DNA of 64,000 bases, from assembly GCA_051530055.1 (NCBI GenBank), contig CM121342.1, positions 7,820,691-7,884,690 on the forward strand, written 5' to 3'. Below are positions 47,349-58,662 of the stretch, piece by piece. Origin of the DNA: Neoechinorhynchus agilis (taxonomy: Eukaryota; Animalia; Acanthocephala). The notes beneath the pieces were generated by a model. That model did no database searches. It saw only the letters and a list, made by a program, of their open reading frames with translations, and was not told the DNA's origin. How positions within the stretch are numbered: the stretch's first letter is position 1; each line of letters starts with the position of its first letter. The translations under genes and the position numbers were made by a program.

Positions 47349-47889
47349 TCCTTTCACGGTCAGATCTGAAGAATGTGAGTTCCGTTATTAACACAGAGAC
47401 GTAAGGAACACGCTGCAGACATGACATCTTATCCGGGAAGCACGAGAGAGGCTGGCATTGCATAAATGGCGCACTAGACAATATTCGTTGAAAAAGATTG
47501 CGACGAAGTACTGGAAGGACGTCCGTTTAAATTCATTTATTTGATCATTAATTTACGAGACTTTGTAGAAAATAAGGGAAAGTCACAATTGTACACTCGG
47601 TTTTCGTACGGTGCCCTAAAAACTAGAAGGTGATAATAAAAAATAGTACACATAAAGAAATTATCTTGTTGTTTGAAAAAAAGGAGAGAATTTAGTGATA
47701 AATTGTTCGTTCAAAAAATGACTCGAGATCGACTTTGAAACACAAAAACTTATGTCACATTCGAGAATAGGAAAATTGAAGGCGAAAAAACTACCGCTCA
47801 TCTACAAATAGTAGCTTTTTATAAAGAAATATTCAAAGCTATCTTAAATGGAACGAAAGTTCGTGGTGTCCTGCGTCTTTTACTAACAA

Positions 47890-48260
47890 ACAACCTTGAT
47901 AAACGCGTACAAGATTGTGCCTCCGAAATCAATCGGATTTTAAAAATAAAATCATTTTTATAATTTTGGTGAAAATATACTCCGCCGGCCATAACCTATA
48001 TTTGATTTATAGGGGAAATATTTCGCAGAGGAGGTAACCTTGCCTCATCCATCAGTCATTGTTGGTGAGTTTTAGATGAGGCAAGGTTACCTCCTATGCG
48101 AAATATCTCAAATCAAAATCAAATATAGGTTATGACCGGCGGATTATTTTCACCAAAATTATAAACTTTGACTAACCCGAAGGATTTTCTCCAGCGATGA
48201 AAATCATTTTAATTTCCACGCGCCAGAAAACAACCTATATGAACAATTCAATCTTCAAAC
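47890..48260. mobile_element. Nested foldback elements: a 241-bp element (47959-48199, TSD AAAATCATTTT) inside an arm of the 7.2 kb family
   Basis: TSD at 47948-47958 and 48200-48210. Inner arms at about 47959-48047 and 48075-48163, plus a 36-nt tail. The outer element has CCTTGATAA at 47894-47902 and the same tail as 7419-7445. Confidence 0.8.
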
Positions 48261-50134
48261 ATCTGATGTAGCCATTGAAACAAAAATGTTTCGGGATAAA
48301 ATGCATTGTACTGAAATAATCAGTCATCTAAAAAGGATTTGAGTTATTGGGTACGCGGAATCGCCATTACCGATAGTCAGGGACCGTATAAGAAAACAAT
48401 GCTTCCTCTTTAGAAAAATTTCAATCTAATGAAATACGTTTTATCCGGGATCTGACGAGGTTCGCGAAACGTCTTGAATAAACTTAAGTACTCACATAGG
48501 TAGATTTTCCAACGCATTTTATTCCTTTCTTTTGGAAATTACTGATCCATCAGGCTTGTGGCATCAGATTCACATGAGCACAACAATCGCAATCCCAACT
48601 GCTTTCATCCCACCAAAAATTACAAATTTAAATTAAGTCGTTCGGTTCACCTTTTTTCTCCTATGATGAACGTTAACTTTAATAATTCCAATCACATTCC
48701 CCGCGGTACCTCCTCAAATATCGACATCTCTACAAAATAACTAAAAAAATCCGTGTTGCAGAATTCAATATCGAAATTCTTGATCTTTTTTATCTCCCTC
48801 AGCTTCGATCTGTCGAATTTCGAAAACATATCACCGGAACCATTCAGTTTTCAATGCATTCTACTCTTCTGCCTTATTTAAATAAAAATACAAATTAGAT
48901 CAATTGTCATACACTTAAAAGCTAAGTAGCACTGCAAAAACAATATACGGATCGAGGAGTTTTGCCTTGAGTTGTTCTAAGATGTATTTATGAGACGTAT
49001 AAGCATAAAAAGATGTACTTTTATCTTTTGACATTTTTCTAGCAAACAAAATTCGCTATCAGAAAAACGGCAGCAATGTCCGCTTAAACCAACGAATTAT
49101 GATGTTTTTGAAAATTAATGCGATTGCGTTGTGTAGCAGAAGTGATACCAGTTGAATTTTTTTTAAATAATATTGCTCTAGAAAAGTAAAAGCTATAAAC
49201 ATAAGTTTTGAATGTTCATCCAAGCTCCAATTTGCTTTTTTAGTCTCAATTGTAGCTGTTAATGGAATGATCGTCCGGATACCAAGAGTTTTCCGGCGAA
49301 CTTTGTGCACAGCTATTGACATATTTCTTCAAATCACTGAACATCCGCCGTATTTAATATGCAGAATATTCGGAAATAAAACATTCAAAGATAAAACTAC
49401 ATATTTCTGCGTCGTGTGCTCTCAATCTGTTCGCATTTGGATCAAAAGACATTTGGTTACGTCTTCCATGAAAGCCTAATGATTCCCTATTAACTCCGTT
49501 GCTGGATTCGACAACCTCGAATCAACATCACAGAGTCCTATTAGCTGAATTTATTTCATATACAACCAAACCAGCTTCTAAAAATAGTCCTCACAACCTA
49601 TCTTAAAGATTTGCCTTTGTCAAACCTCAATTATGCGACTTTTTAGGTCACAAATTAGCATATAAATGACAGAAAAATTTGGTAGCATTTCAAACTACTT
49701 TCAATTCGCAAACGACACTTATTTTCTAGGTATATTTTTTCGAAGCTATGGGTTTCCCAAAAAATTAAGATTATTAAAATCCTAAAACAAAAGGCAACCA
49801 ACTAAAAAGCAGTTCTTTAAAAAGCGCCGTAAAATATGATTTTTATTACAGTAAGAAAAGGGAACAATATCATGATTTATTTGCCTTTTACATTAAGACG
49901 GCTTCGATTATCTCATTTTTCTCCAAAGTCAAAGAAATAAGGAGAATTGATTGAAAATATTTAGGTATGCAATAAAAATCTGACGTTAGAGAGATATAAT
50001 AATAAACAATGCAGACGATGCCAATATTAGGATCAATATTATTATTTTGGTCGTTTGTCAATAAACGAGAAAGAGATCGCGTTAAAGAGACGAATGTATA
50101 TATTTCGATTGATTGTAAATCGAAATATATACAT

Positions 50135-50285
50135 TGTCGATATGTGAAGACGAGGTATCGAAGAATTATTGTTTAGAAGTCTTCACCTAATAAAGAGTTT
50201 TCTTAAAAACGTTTATGGTTGATGAACCTGACGAGGTATCGTAGAACGTTTTAAACTCTTTATCGGATGAAGACTTTTAAACAAT
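50135..50285. mobile_element. Decayed member of the 27.1 kb foldback family; further fragments at 39805-39872, 48440-48485 and 50927-51003
   Basis: TGTCGATATGTG end; GATGAACCTGACGAGG; GAAACGTCTT(T/G)AATAAA motifs. Confidence 0.7.
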
Positions 50286-51491
50286 CAGTCGAAATATTCA
50301 TTCGACTTTAATGATCCCTCTCTCTAGACATGATTGTTCGTTCCCGGGTTCCCGAGTCAAAACGAACAATCATGTCTTGTGTTTGTCACAAATGCCTTAG
50401 ATTGAATTTATCAAATGACTCTGATTTAATTAATCGATACATATAAATTCGTCTCTTTAACGCGATCACGTGTAACATTCAGTCAAAATATTGATCAATT
50501 ATTTCTTTTAGTAGACCTTTTCCACTTAAAACACATGAGGTTAGGACACAAATTTATAATTCTTAAAAAGAAGTTCTCATCTTCTCCTCTCGGGTGTCGA
50601 AAAGCGAAAAAAATTACAATATTGGTCCTAACCACACCCGAACGCAATCCTTAATAAGACCAAGATCAATAATTAAAATATTAAGAAAATTCATAAGGTT
50701 TTTTGTTCGATCAAGATGATCACAAGCTGAATCCACGGCAAAGAAAGTGTGCGATAGACCCCAAAAATTGAATTTAGGCAATAATTAACACGTTAAATGA
50801 GAGCCTCAGACATAAAGTACAACTTTTTTTTGGATTAAAGTTTAACATTTATAATATAACGTACCGTCGTCCATTGAGCGGAAATGAAATTTATTAACCT
50901 CGAGAATAATGGCGTTATCCATGTTAGAATTATTGCTTAGGTCTACACCCAGTAAATGAATATTTATTAAAGACGTTCTGCGAACCTCCTCACATATCGA
51001 CATTGTTATCTATATTACTTTCTCCAAAACAATTAAAAAAGGTCAATTAAAGAATTTGAAAATTGCGATCGTCCATCGAATTTTTGTGAAACATGTATAA
51101 GTTTATTTAATTCATTACAAGTATCGAATGCAATAGAATCTCAAAAAGCGAAGAAATCGATATTACGTGTATTAAAGGTTTGAAATGACCAATTGAACAC
51201 AGTGCTTGAATAAACATCTATTGAAAATACAAAACAATTGCTTTAAAGGGAAATGAAGGTGAAGAGATCAATAAAAAATCATGAATTTTAGCGATAACAA
51301 AAAAAGAAACGACGACGTACAGAACCATGGATACTAATGGAGACAAATATGGGACGCGAGCACGCGCGGACACGAATACTACAGCGCAAGTTAATCCGAA
51401 CGAATACAACTTTGAATACAACAACAAACAAAGAAGCGGGTACTCGTCGACACTGTTGAACTGGTCATCATTACAAGACTGATTTTGAGCA

Positions 51492-54031
51492 TGGCAGAGT
51501 TTGTACATTTCTGTAGCTGTAACGAGGTGTCCTAGTGGACCTTCGGTCCCGAATATCTCTTTTTCAACTTCCAATTATCCAATATCCACGATCGCCGATG
51601 ACTCACACGGCCGAAGGAAGGAGGAAACTCACTGATGAATCTCCCGCCTACTCCTCGGGAGGAGGTATCTAAGGATCCGGAGGTATCCGGGTACAAAACT
51701 CATATTCGCATATTGTTCAGGGGAAGTCGTTCAATAACTTCCCTAAAGAAAGATGTCGGTTTTGTTGTGTGACTAAAAGGACAAAGCCGAGAAAGGGATT
51801 CTCACAAAACTTAATTAATATAGCCAACTTGTCAGTAGACATAAGAGAATTGAACACTTAGCCCAAGACAATAAAAGTGGCAGAGTTTGTATATTTCTGT
51901 AGCTGTAACGAAGTGTCCTAGTGGAACTCGGTCCCGAATATCTCTTTTTCAACTTCCAAATATCCAATATATATGATCGCCGATAACTAAAACGGCCGAA
52001 GGTGGGAGGAAACTCACTGATGAATCTCCCGCCTACTCTTCGGGAGGAGGTATCTGAGGATCCGGAGGTATCCGGGTACAAAACTCATATTCACGTGTGG
52101 TTAAGGGAAGTCACTCAATGACTTCCCTAGAGAAAGATATTGGTTTTGTTGTGTGACCAAAAGGACAAAGCCGAGAAAGGAATTCTCACAAAACCTAATT
52201 AATATAGCCAACTTGTCAGTAGACATAAGAGAATTGAACACTTAGCGCAAGACAATAAAACTGGCAGAGTTTGTATATTTCTGTAGCTGTAACGAGGTGT
52301 CCTAGTGGACGTCGGTCCCGAATATCTCTTTTTCAACTTCCAATTATCCAATATCCACGATCGCCGATGACTCACACGGCCGAAGGCAGGAGGAAACTCA
52401 CTGATGAATCTCCCGCCTACTCCTCGGGAGGAGGTATCTAAGGATCCGGAGGTATCCGGGTACAAAACTCATATTCGCATATTGTTCAGGGAAGTCGTTC
52501 AATAACTTCCCTAAAGAAAGATATCGGTTTTGTTGTGTGACTAAAATAACAAAGCCGAGAAAGGATTCTCACAAAAACTTAATTAATATAGCCAACTTGT
52601 CAGTAGACATAAGAGAATTGAACACTTAGCCCAAGACAATAAAAGTGGCAGAGTTTGTATATTTCTGTAGCTGTAACGAGGTGTCCTAGTGGACGTCGGT
52701 CCCGAATATCTCTTTTTCAACTTCCAATTATCCAATATCCACGATCGCCGATGACTCACACGGCCAGTGGGAGGAAACTCGCAGTGAATCTCGCCTACTC
52801 CTCGGGAGGAGGTATCTAAGGATCCGGAGGTATCCGGGTACAAAACTCATATTCGCATATTGTTCAGGGAAGTCGTTCAATAACTTCCCTAAAGAAGATA
52901 TCGGTTTTGTTGTGTGACTAAAAGGACAAAGCGAAGGTTACTCACAAACTTAATTAATATAGCCAACTTGTCAGTAGACATAAGAGAATTGAACACTTAG
53001 CCCAAGACAATAAAAGTGGCAGAGTTTGTATATTTCTGTAGCTGTAACGATGTTTCCTAGTGGACCTCGGTCCCGAATATCTCTTTTTCAACTTCCAATT
53101 ATCCAATATCCACGATAGCCGATGACTCACACGGCCGAAGGTAGGAGGAAACTCACTGATGAATCTCCCGCCTACTCCTCGGGAGGAGGTATCTGAGGAT
53201 CCGGGGGTATCCGGGTACAAAACTCATATTCAGGTGTGGTTAAGGGAAGTCGTTCAATCACTTCCCTAAAGAAAGATATCGGTTTTGTTGTGTGACCAAA
53301 AGGACAAAGCCGAGAAAGGGATTCTCACAAAACTTAATTTATACAGCCAACTTTTCAGTAGACATAAGAGAATTGAACACTTAGCCCAAGACAATAAAAC
53401 TGGCAGAGTTTGTATATTTCTGTAGCTGTAACGATGTTTCCTAGTGGACCTCGGTCCCGAATATCTCTTTTTCAACTTGCAATTATCCAACATCAACGAT
53501 CGCCGATGACTCACACGGTTGAAGGTAGGAGGAAACTCACTGATGAATCTGACGCCTACTCCTCGGGAGGAGGTATCTGAGGATCCGGAGGTATCCGGGT
53601 ACAAAACTCATATTCACGTGTGGTTAAGGGAAGTCGTTCAATCACTTCCCTAAAGCAAGATATCGGTTTGGTTGTGTGACGAAAATGTGAAAGCCGAGAA
53701 AGGGATTCTCACAAAACTTAATTAATATAGCCAACTTTTCAGCAGACATAAGAGAATTGAACACTTAGCCCAAGACAATAAAAGTGGCAGAGTTTGTATA
53801 TTTCTGTAGCTGTAACGATGTTTCCTAGTGGACCTCGGTCCCGAATATCTCTTTTTCAACTTCCAATTATCCAATTATACGATCGCCGATGACTAACACG
53901 GCCGAAGGTAGGAGGAAACTCACTGATGAATCTCCCGCCTACTCCTCGGGAGGAGGTATCTAAGGATCCGGAGGTATCCGGGTACAAAACTCATATTCGC
54001 ATATTGTTCAGGGAAGTCGTTCAATAACTTC
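51492..54031. repeat. Tandem array, ~384-bp unit, about 6.6 copies
   Basis: TGGCAGAGTTTG recurs at 51492, 51878, 52262, 52646, 53017, 53401 and 53785. Confidence 0.97.
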
Positions 54032-54267
54032 TCAGATAGCCGTGTGTGGATGATAACTTCAGCACTTAGAATAAATATATTAGCGGCTAGTCAGACTTCA
54101 AAAAATAAAATAATACGAGGATAATTGTCGGCAAGTTGAGAAACTGAAATGAACGACACATTGATGAAATCATGAAGACGCGTATAAGTATTTGAATGAA
54201 CGACAAATGGGCGAGAGTACACACCATGCTGCTATTTAAAAAACAGTCGCTTCATTTTATGGCGATA

Positions 54268-57200
54268 TCAAATCAGGGGGAACATTTTCTTTTTAGAAGT
54301 TCTGTTTCGCCGTTTTCGACCGCGTTGGCATTCAATCTCAATTTCATCAGTACTCGTAGATTTAATAGAACCGTGAGCCTTTGGTGTACCTTTCTTCTTT
54401 TTGCTTACGATCAAATTAATTCCGGCAATAGCTTGCAATACACTCTCGTATTCACTTGAATCCGATGATCCGTAGTTTTGGTTCAATACTGAACAATCGT
54501 TGCAACATTTTTCACTACTCCTTGTATTCGTTCGTACTGCTCGCGATGTGTACTTCATTGATTTCTTTTTAAACGTCAAAACGTTTTTGTCGTTAAACTG
54601 GCTAACACTTGAGGTGCTGGACTTTGTTTTTCTTCTGATCGTATCACCGGATTTCAAATCGTAGAAAAACGCTACAGGCTTTCTTGGTAAAATACATTTA
54701 CCTTTGAATGTGATTGATCGTCGGGCTGCTATCCTCATGAGACTAAAAAATTATTTGAAAATGGAAGTTATTGAGACCGCACTACCTATCGCAGTATTTT
54801 AAGCAATTTTCAGTATAGTCAACACAGCTTTGACCATCAACTACGTTGATCATAAATATCGAGCTGACATTACCGCAAAGTGCGTCTCTTAGAACCATTG
54901 ATACTTTGCTTTGTCGATAGGGAATATGACTGGAGCCATTATCGAGTTTTCGAATACATTCCTTAAGCTAGAAATTGGATTATATCAATTCGTGAACAAT
55001 CGGGAAGCAAAATGGGCCTATCTGGTTTTATTTAAAATGGGTTTTTCTTATCACTAATTTAAGATCAATATTTGAAGAAAAAGATACACAGTGGACGAAA
55101 AGCAAGAGACTATTGAGGGTGGACGTAACTAATTGTGTAATTCAATTGTACCCTTACACGAGTATTTGTAAAAATAAAATGCAAGCCATTTTCGAGCAAT
55201 AAAGCTTTGACTTTGACGCGAATCACTTCTTCACATTGTGATGAAACTTTAAAACAATTTTCAATAAACTTAATTGATTCACTTCTTTTTTTGTTGGAAT
55301 TTTCGGTTTGTAGGATCCGACAAATATTCGATTTAAACTAACTAACTGTTTAAAGAATCAGTGTCAAATTTTTTTGATTTCAACTGTCATCAGTACGAAC
55401 ACTGTGGCAATTTATCTTGACTTACAGCTAATAAACTGGAGTTGATTGCCGGAGTTGCCGAGTCATCGTGCCCTATAGGAACATTTAATCTGTCGATACC
55501 CCGTTCACTCCCGGCTAAATCGATAAATGTCAATCTAAAATATTCTTCATGAAACTTTATTGACGGTGTAAATTTCCTTACCCATGAGTTGCGTTTGTAT
55601 TCTTATCGATTCCTCGCATTTGTATAATCACGTGTGATCGAGATGATTGATTGTTCTTAGAGCTTTTATTTGTAGTTCGATACTTTAAACCTTCGTCCAG
55701 CAACTAAATTATTATTACATATGAACGGCGGTTTACAATGTGGGATCTGGTAACAAAAACCGAACGATTCCAGATTATACGTTCTAGTCGAAAATCAAAT
55801 GTTGACTTTACAGAAACAAATGAACTAGGCCTGCTCGGAATAAAGTATTAAAAGAGAACGGTTTCGGTTTCGTCTAAACAAATTTTGTCTTTAGAATGAG
55901 AATTTGTTCGGTATTAGTGGTTCCTGGCCTAGCTTTGAACGAAAGTTAACCTCTGTTTTGAAAGAAGAATTTAAAAGTAATCATATTTGTAATGTCCTTT
56001 TACAGATGAACGATTCAAGATATGCACAGTTTTAACCAAAAAATCAATGCAGGTTACGTTTACATCCAGTAAATAATTATTTCGATTAAAAACATTTCGG
56101 CGAACCTTGTCGGGTTCATCATCAGTTCTACTCATCCATTTGTATTTTAGAACTGATGATGAACCCGACAAGACTAGCAGAAATGTTCATCACATATCGA
56201 CATTTAATCTTTATTATACGTTGGCGAATCTTGTGCCCGATGTTATCGATACCTATTAATTGCGAAATATTTCACAAGGTTTTCCTTGCTTCCGTGAAAG
56301 CAATAACGACTGAAAAAGCAAGGAAATCCTTGTGAAATATTTCGCAATTAATGAGTATCGATAACACCGGACATAGGATTCGCCAACGTACAATCAAATT
56401 TACCCCGAGGACTTGTATACTTTTTTTAAAAAAAAAGAAAAACCATTACAAATTCGTGTTTTCTTCGACATTAAAGTTGCCCAATTCCATCTGAAACCTT
56501 TAAATAAAACTCTGGCTTATTACTACGGATGAAAAATATAAAAAGGCTAATCAATTTTCGTTTTGCAATACCGAACCATTTGAAGTTTTTTGACCGAATC
56601 GATGACGCCGGTAGTGATATTAAGTATCCTTATAGATCCGTTCGCGTCCTCCAATGCAGTTAACCTGTTTAAATATTAATTTTTTTGTGACGGCGCTAAT
56701 AAAAATGTACAAAATTTTTTAATTCTAACGGTTTCTTTAAATTAAGCAAGTCATATAAAACATTATCAAATATTTCATAGACATTGCAATTGACAACATC
56801 ATAATTGTCCATCATGTCGCCAAAGGAGAAATGAACAAGGCCTCGTTCTTTTTCTGAGCCAAATAAAGTAAAAGTTTTTCCGCTGCCAGTTTGTCCAAAG
56901 CAAACGAAAATTAACTCCCTACGCTGACGAGAAATCAAAAAGTAAGCAATGGACACACAACTCACTCATTCTTTTCTTTTCTCAAAATGAAAGGTCCAAT
57001 CGTTTGCTTGTAAAGAGTGTAATTATCGATAGTTTGATCGAAGACTTGATGACATTTGTGACGTAACTTTAGACTCATTATGGCTCGTGTGTGGTTTAAT
57101 GGATTAAAACCTTTTCGTGGTATCCACGTTCCAATATTATAATCGAATCATCGCCAACTATTCGGATTGCCACATTATCCGCAACATTAAGATATCCAGG

Positions 57201-57269
57201 TCTTTTCCTAACAAAAACCAGCATTGGCTTCAATGCTTTGTCCTTTTTGGAACTTCTGGTCCGGTCCAT
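54268..57269 (-). CDS. Kinesin-13-like motor protein (multi-exon, motor near the N-terminus, basic tail)
   Basis: VFVRKRP; FGQTGSGKTFT; NQSSRSHVI; FIDLAGSERG; INSSLLA joined across an intron to LKECIR; HIPYRQSKVSMVLRD; last exon at 54268-54738. Confidence 0.88.
56060..56202. mobile_element. Foldback of the 27.1 kb family, in a kinesin intron
   Basis: TTGTCGGGTTCATCATCAGTTCTA ... TAGAACTGATGATGAACCCGACAA; ends CACATATCGACA. Confidence 0.8.
56217..56390. mobile_element. 174-bp foldback with a near-intact hammerhead at 56307-56344 (+)
   Basis: CGA-CTGAAAA-A-GCAAGG(AAAT)CCTTGT-GAA-ATAT-T-TCG; G8>A is uncompensated. Confidence 0.75.
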
Positions 57270-57503
57270 GTCTATCTAAATAAAATAACGGTTTAACTTG
57301 ACCTTAAAACAACGATGTTCTTATTGTTGACATCGTGAAAAAAGATATTTTTGCTTCCTTATGCAGTTTATAAGAGAAATGAGCGTAACAGAAAGGAAAT
57401 GTTGGACAACGAATTAACTCGTTTTAAAACTTAAATACAAGAAAATGCAAACTTAAGAAAAGAAGGTAAACTATTCAAATCGAACAAAATTGAGTGAGAA
57501 CAG

Positions 57504-57576
57504 GCCCTCGTAGCTCAGTGGTTAGAGCACTGCTCTAGTAAAGCAGGGGTCGTGAGTTCAATTCTCTCCGAGGGCA
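57504..57576 (+). tRNA. tRNA-Thr (AGT)
   Basis: Cloverleaf GCCCTCG...CTGCT-CTAGTAA-AGCAG...CGAGGGCA with one T-stem mismatch. A T-run follows about 30 nt downstream. Confidence 0.95.
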
Positions 57577-58662
57577 ATCACAGAAAAAGGAAACACACAA
57601 CCTGTTTTTTCCAACAATCCTAAAAGCAATTTGTTTTGTTCAATTTTTTACGCTCAACAGAGCGGATATTTCAGTAGCCCCGACTCCATGGAAACGCTTC
57701 ACCGCTGTTTAGCGTTCTTCCGTACTTAGGTTTATTTTTTCTCTGACGAAAAAAAGTAAAAAACATTTACTGCTGGGTTTCTCAGGTGTGTTTCGCGAGA
57801 ACGGATCTTCCAATGTTTATGCGAGCGCAAAGGGAGACTTTTGTACTCTTTTTCTTTGTGCATTAACAAATAAGTGATCCAGAGCAGTGGTGTGAATGAT
57901 CTTATGGCTTAATCAACAATTTGTTTCGAAAAGTAAAGTCTACAATTCGTTAAAAAGCCTGGATCAACTTAATCCATGAAACTCAAGGTAGAAGGATTGT
58001 ACCGAATCTTTCACGCCTTTAGCTTGACGTTATCTCAAGAAATCCTTCGTTTTAAAGGTATTTTATTTTAAATACCTGAAAGCGTCTAGTTAGAACCATT
58101 TTTGGGTTTATAATGACGTCACTGTGAAATGGCCTACGTCGGTGAAGCAGTGAGCTGTTCAAAAAACCCGTCTCCGTCGACTCACCACCGTCGCCGTTCT
58201 GGACCACTCAGTTGCCGTCCTAAAATTACTTGTTAATCGCGGCAAGTAACAGGAGGTTTGTGGTGCTGTCTCGAGGGGGAGAGCAGCTACTGCCGCGGAG
58301 GACCGAAAGGTGGCGAAATATAGAGAATTAAGTAAGTCTCACGCTTTTGTATCCTTTGGAGCGGATTTACGAAGGACTTATCGAGTAGATTCCAGGCCAA
58401 GACAGGAAATGTGAGAGCTGGTGCCTTCCTACGCCAAAACATTGGTATCGCGATAGAAAAGAGGAAACGCAGTGAGTGTGGTCGCGACCACTGAGGGGAG
58501 CTCTTCTTCGTGGACGGTGGTGATTGTTGAAACGTTTTGTTGTCTTGTGTGTGTAACAAAAAGTGTATATTTGTCTGGTTGGACTGAATAAAAAAAGTTT
58601 ATTTTTGTCCAATTCGTTTATAACAATAAAGAAAATCATCGTTAAAAATCGTTTATATCAAT

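Noticed and set aside
49260-49400. Gypsy integrase zinc-finger remnant (MFSDLKKYVNSC) on the minus strand
   Set aside because: Only about 12 residues resemble it; insufficient support.
51590-51700. Hammerhead or HDV-like ribozyme in the 384-bp unit (CTGATGA; CCTCCTC motifs)
   Set aside because: No stem II-GAAA follows CTGATGA. An HDV fold needs a non-canonical L3 and joins of about 200 nt.
52150-52195. U2 snRNA-like TTCTCGGC...CCTTTTGG on the minus strand
   Set aside because: The branch-point recognition sequence GTGTAGTA and an Sm site are missing.
52700-52960. Fourth 384-bp unit as a functionally distinct variant
   Set aside because: Differences are mostly 1-3 bp deletions in homopolymers, typical of long-read consensus error.
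57650-58640. Additional gene between tRNA-Thr and KICS2
   Set aside because: Short ORFs with splice-like sites exist, but I could not build a consistent model or recognise a product.
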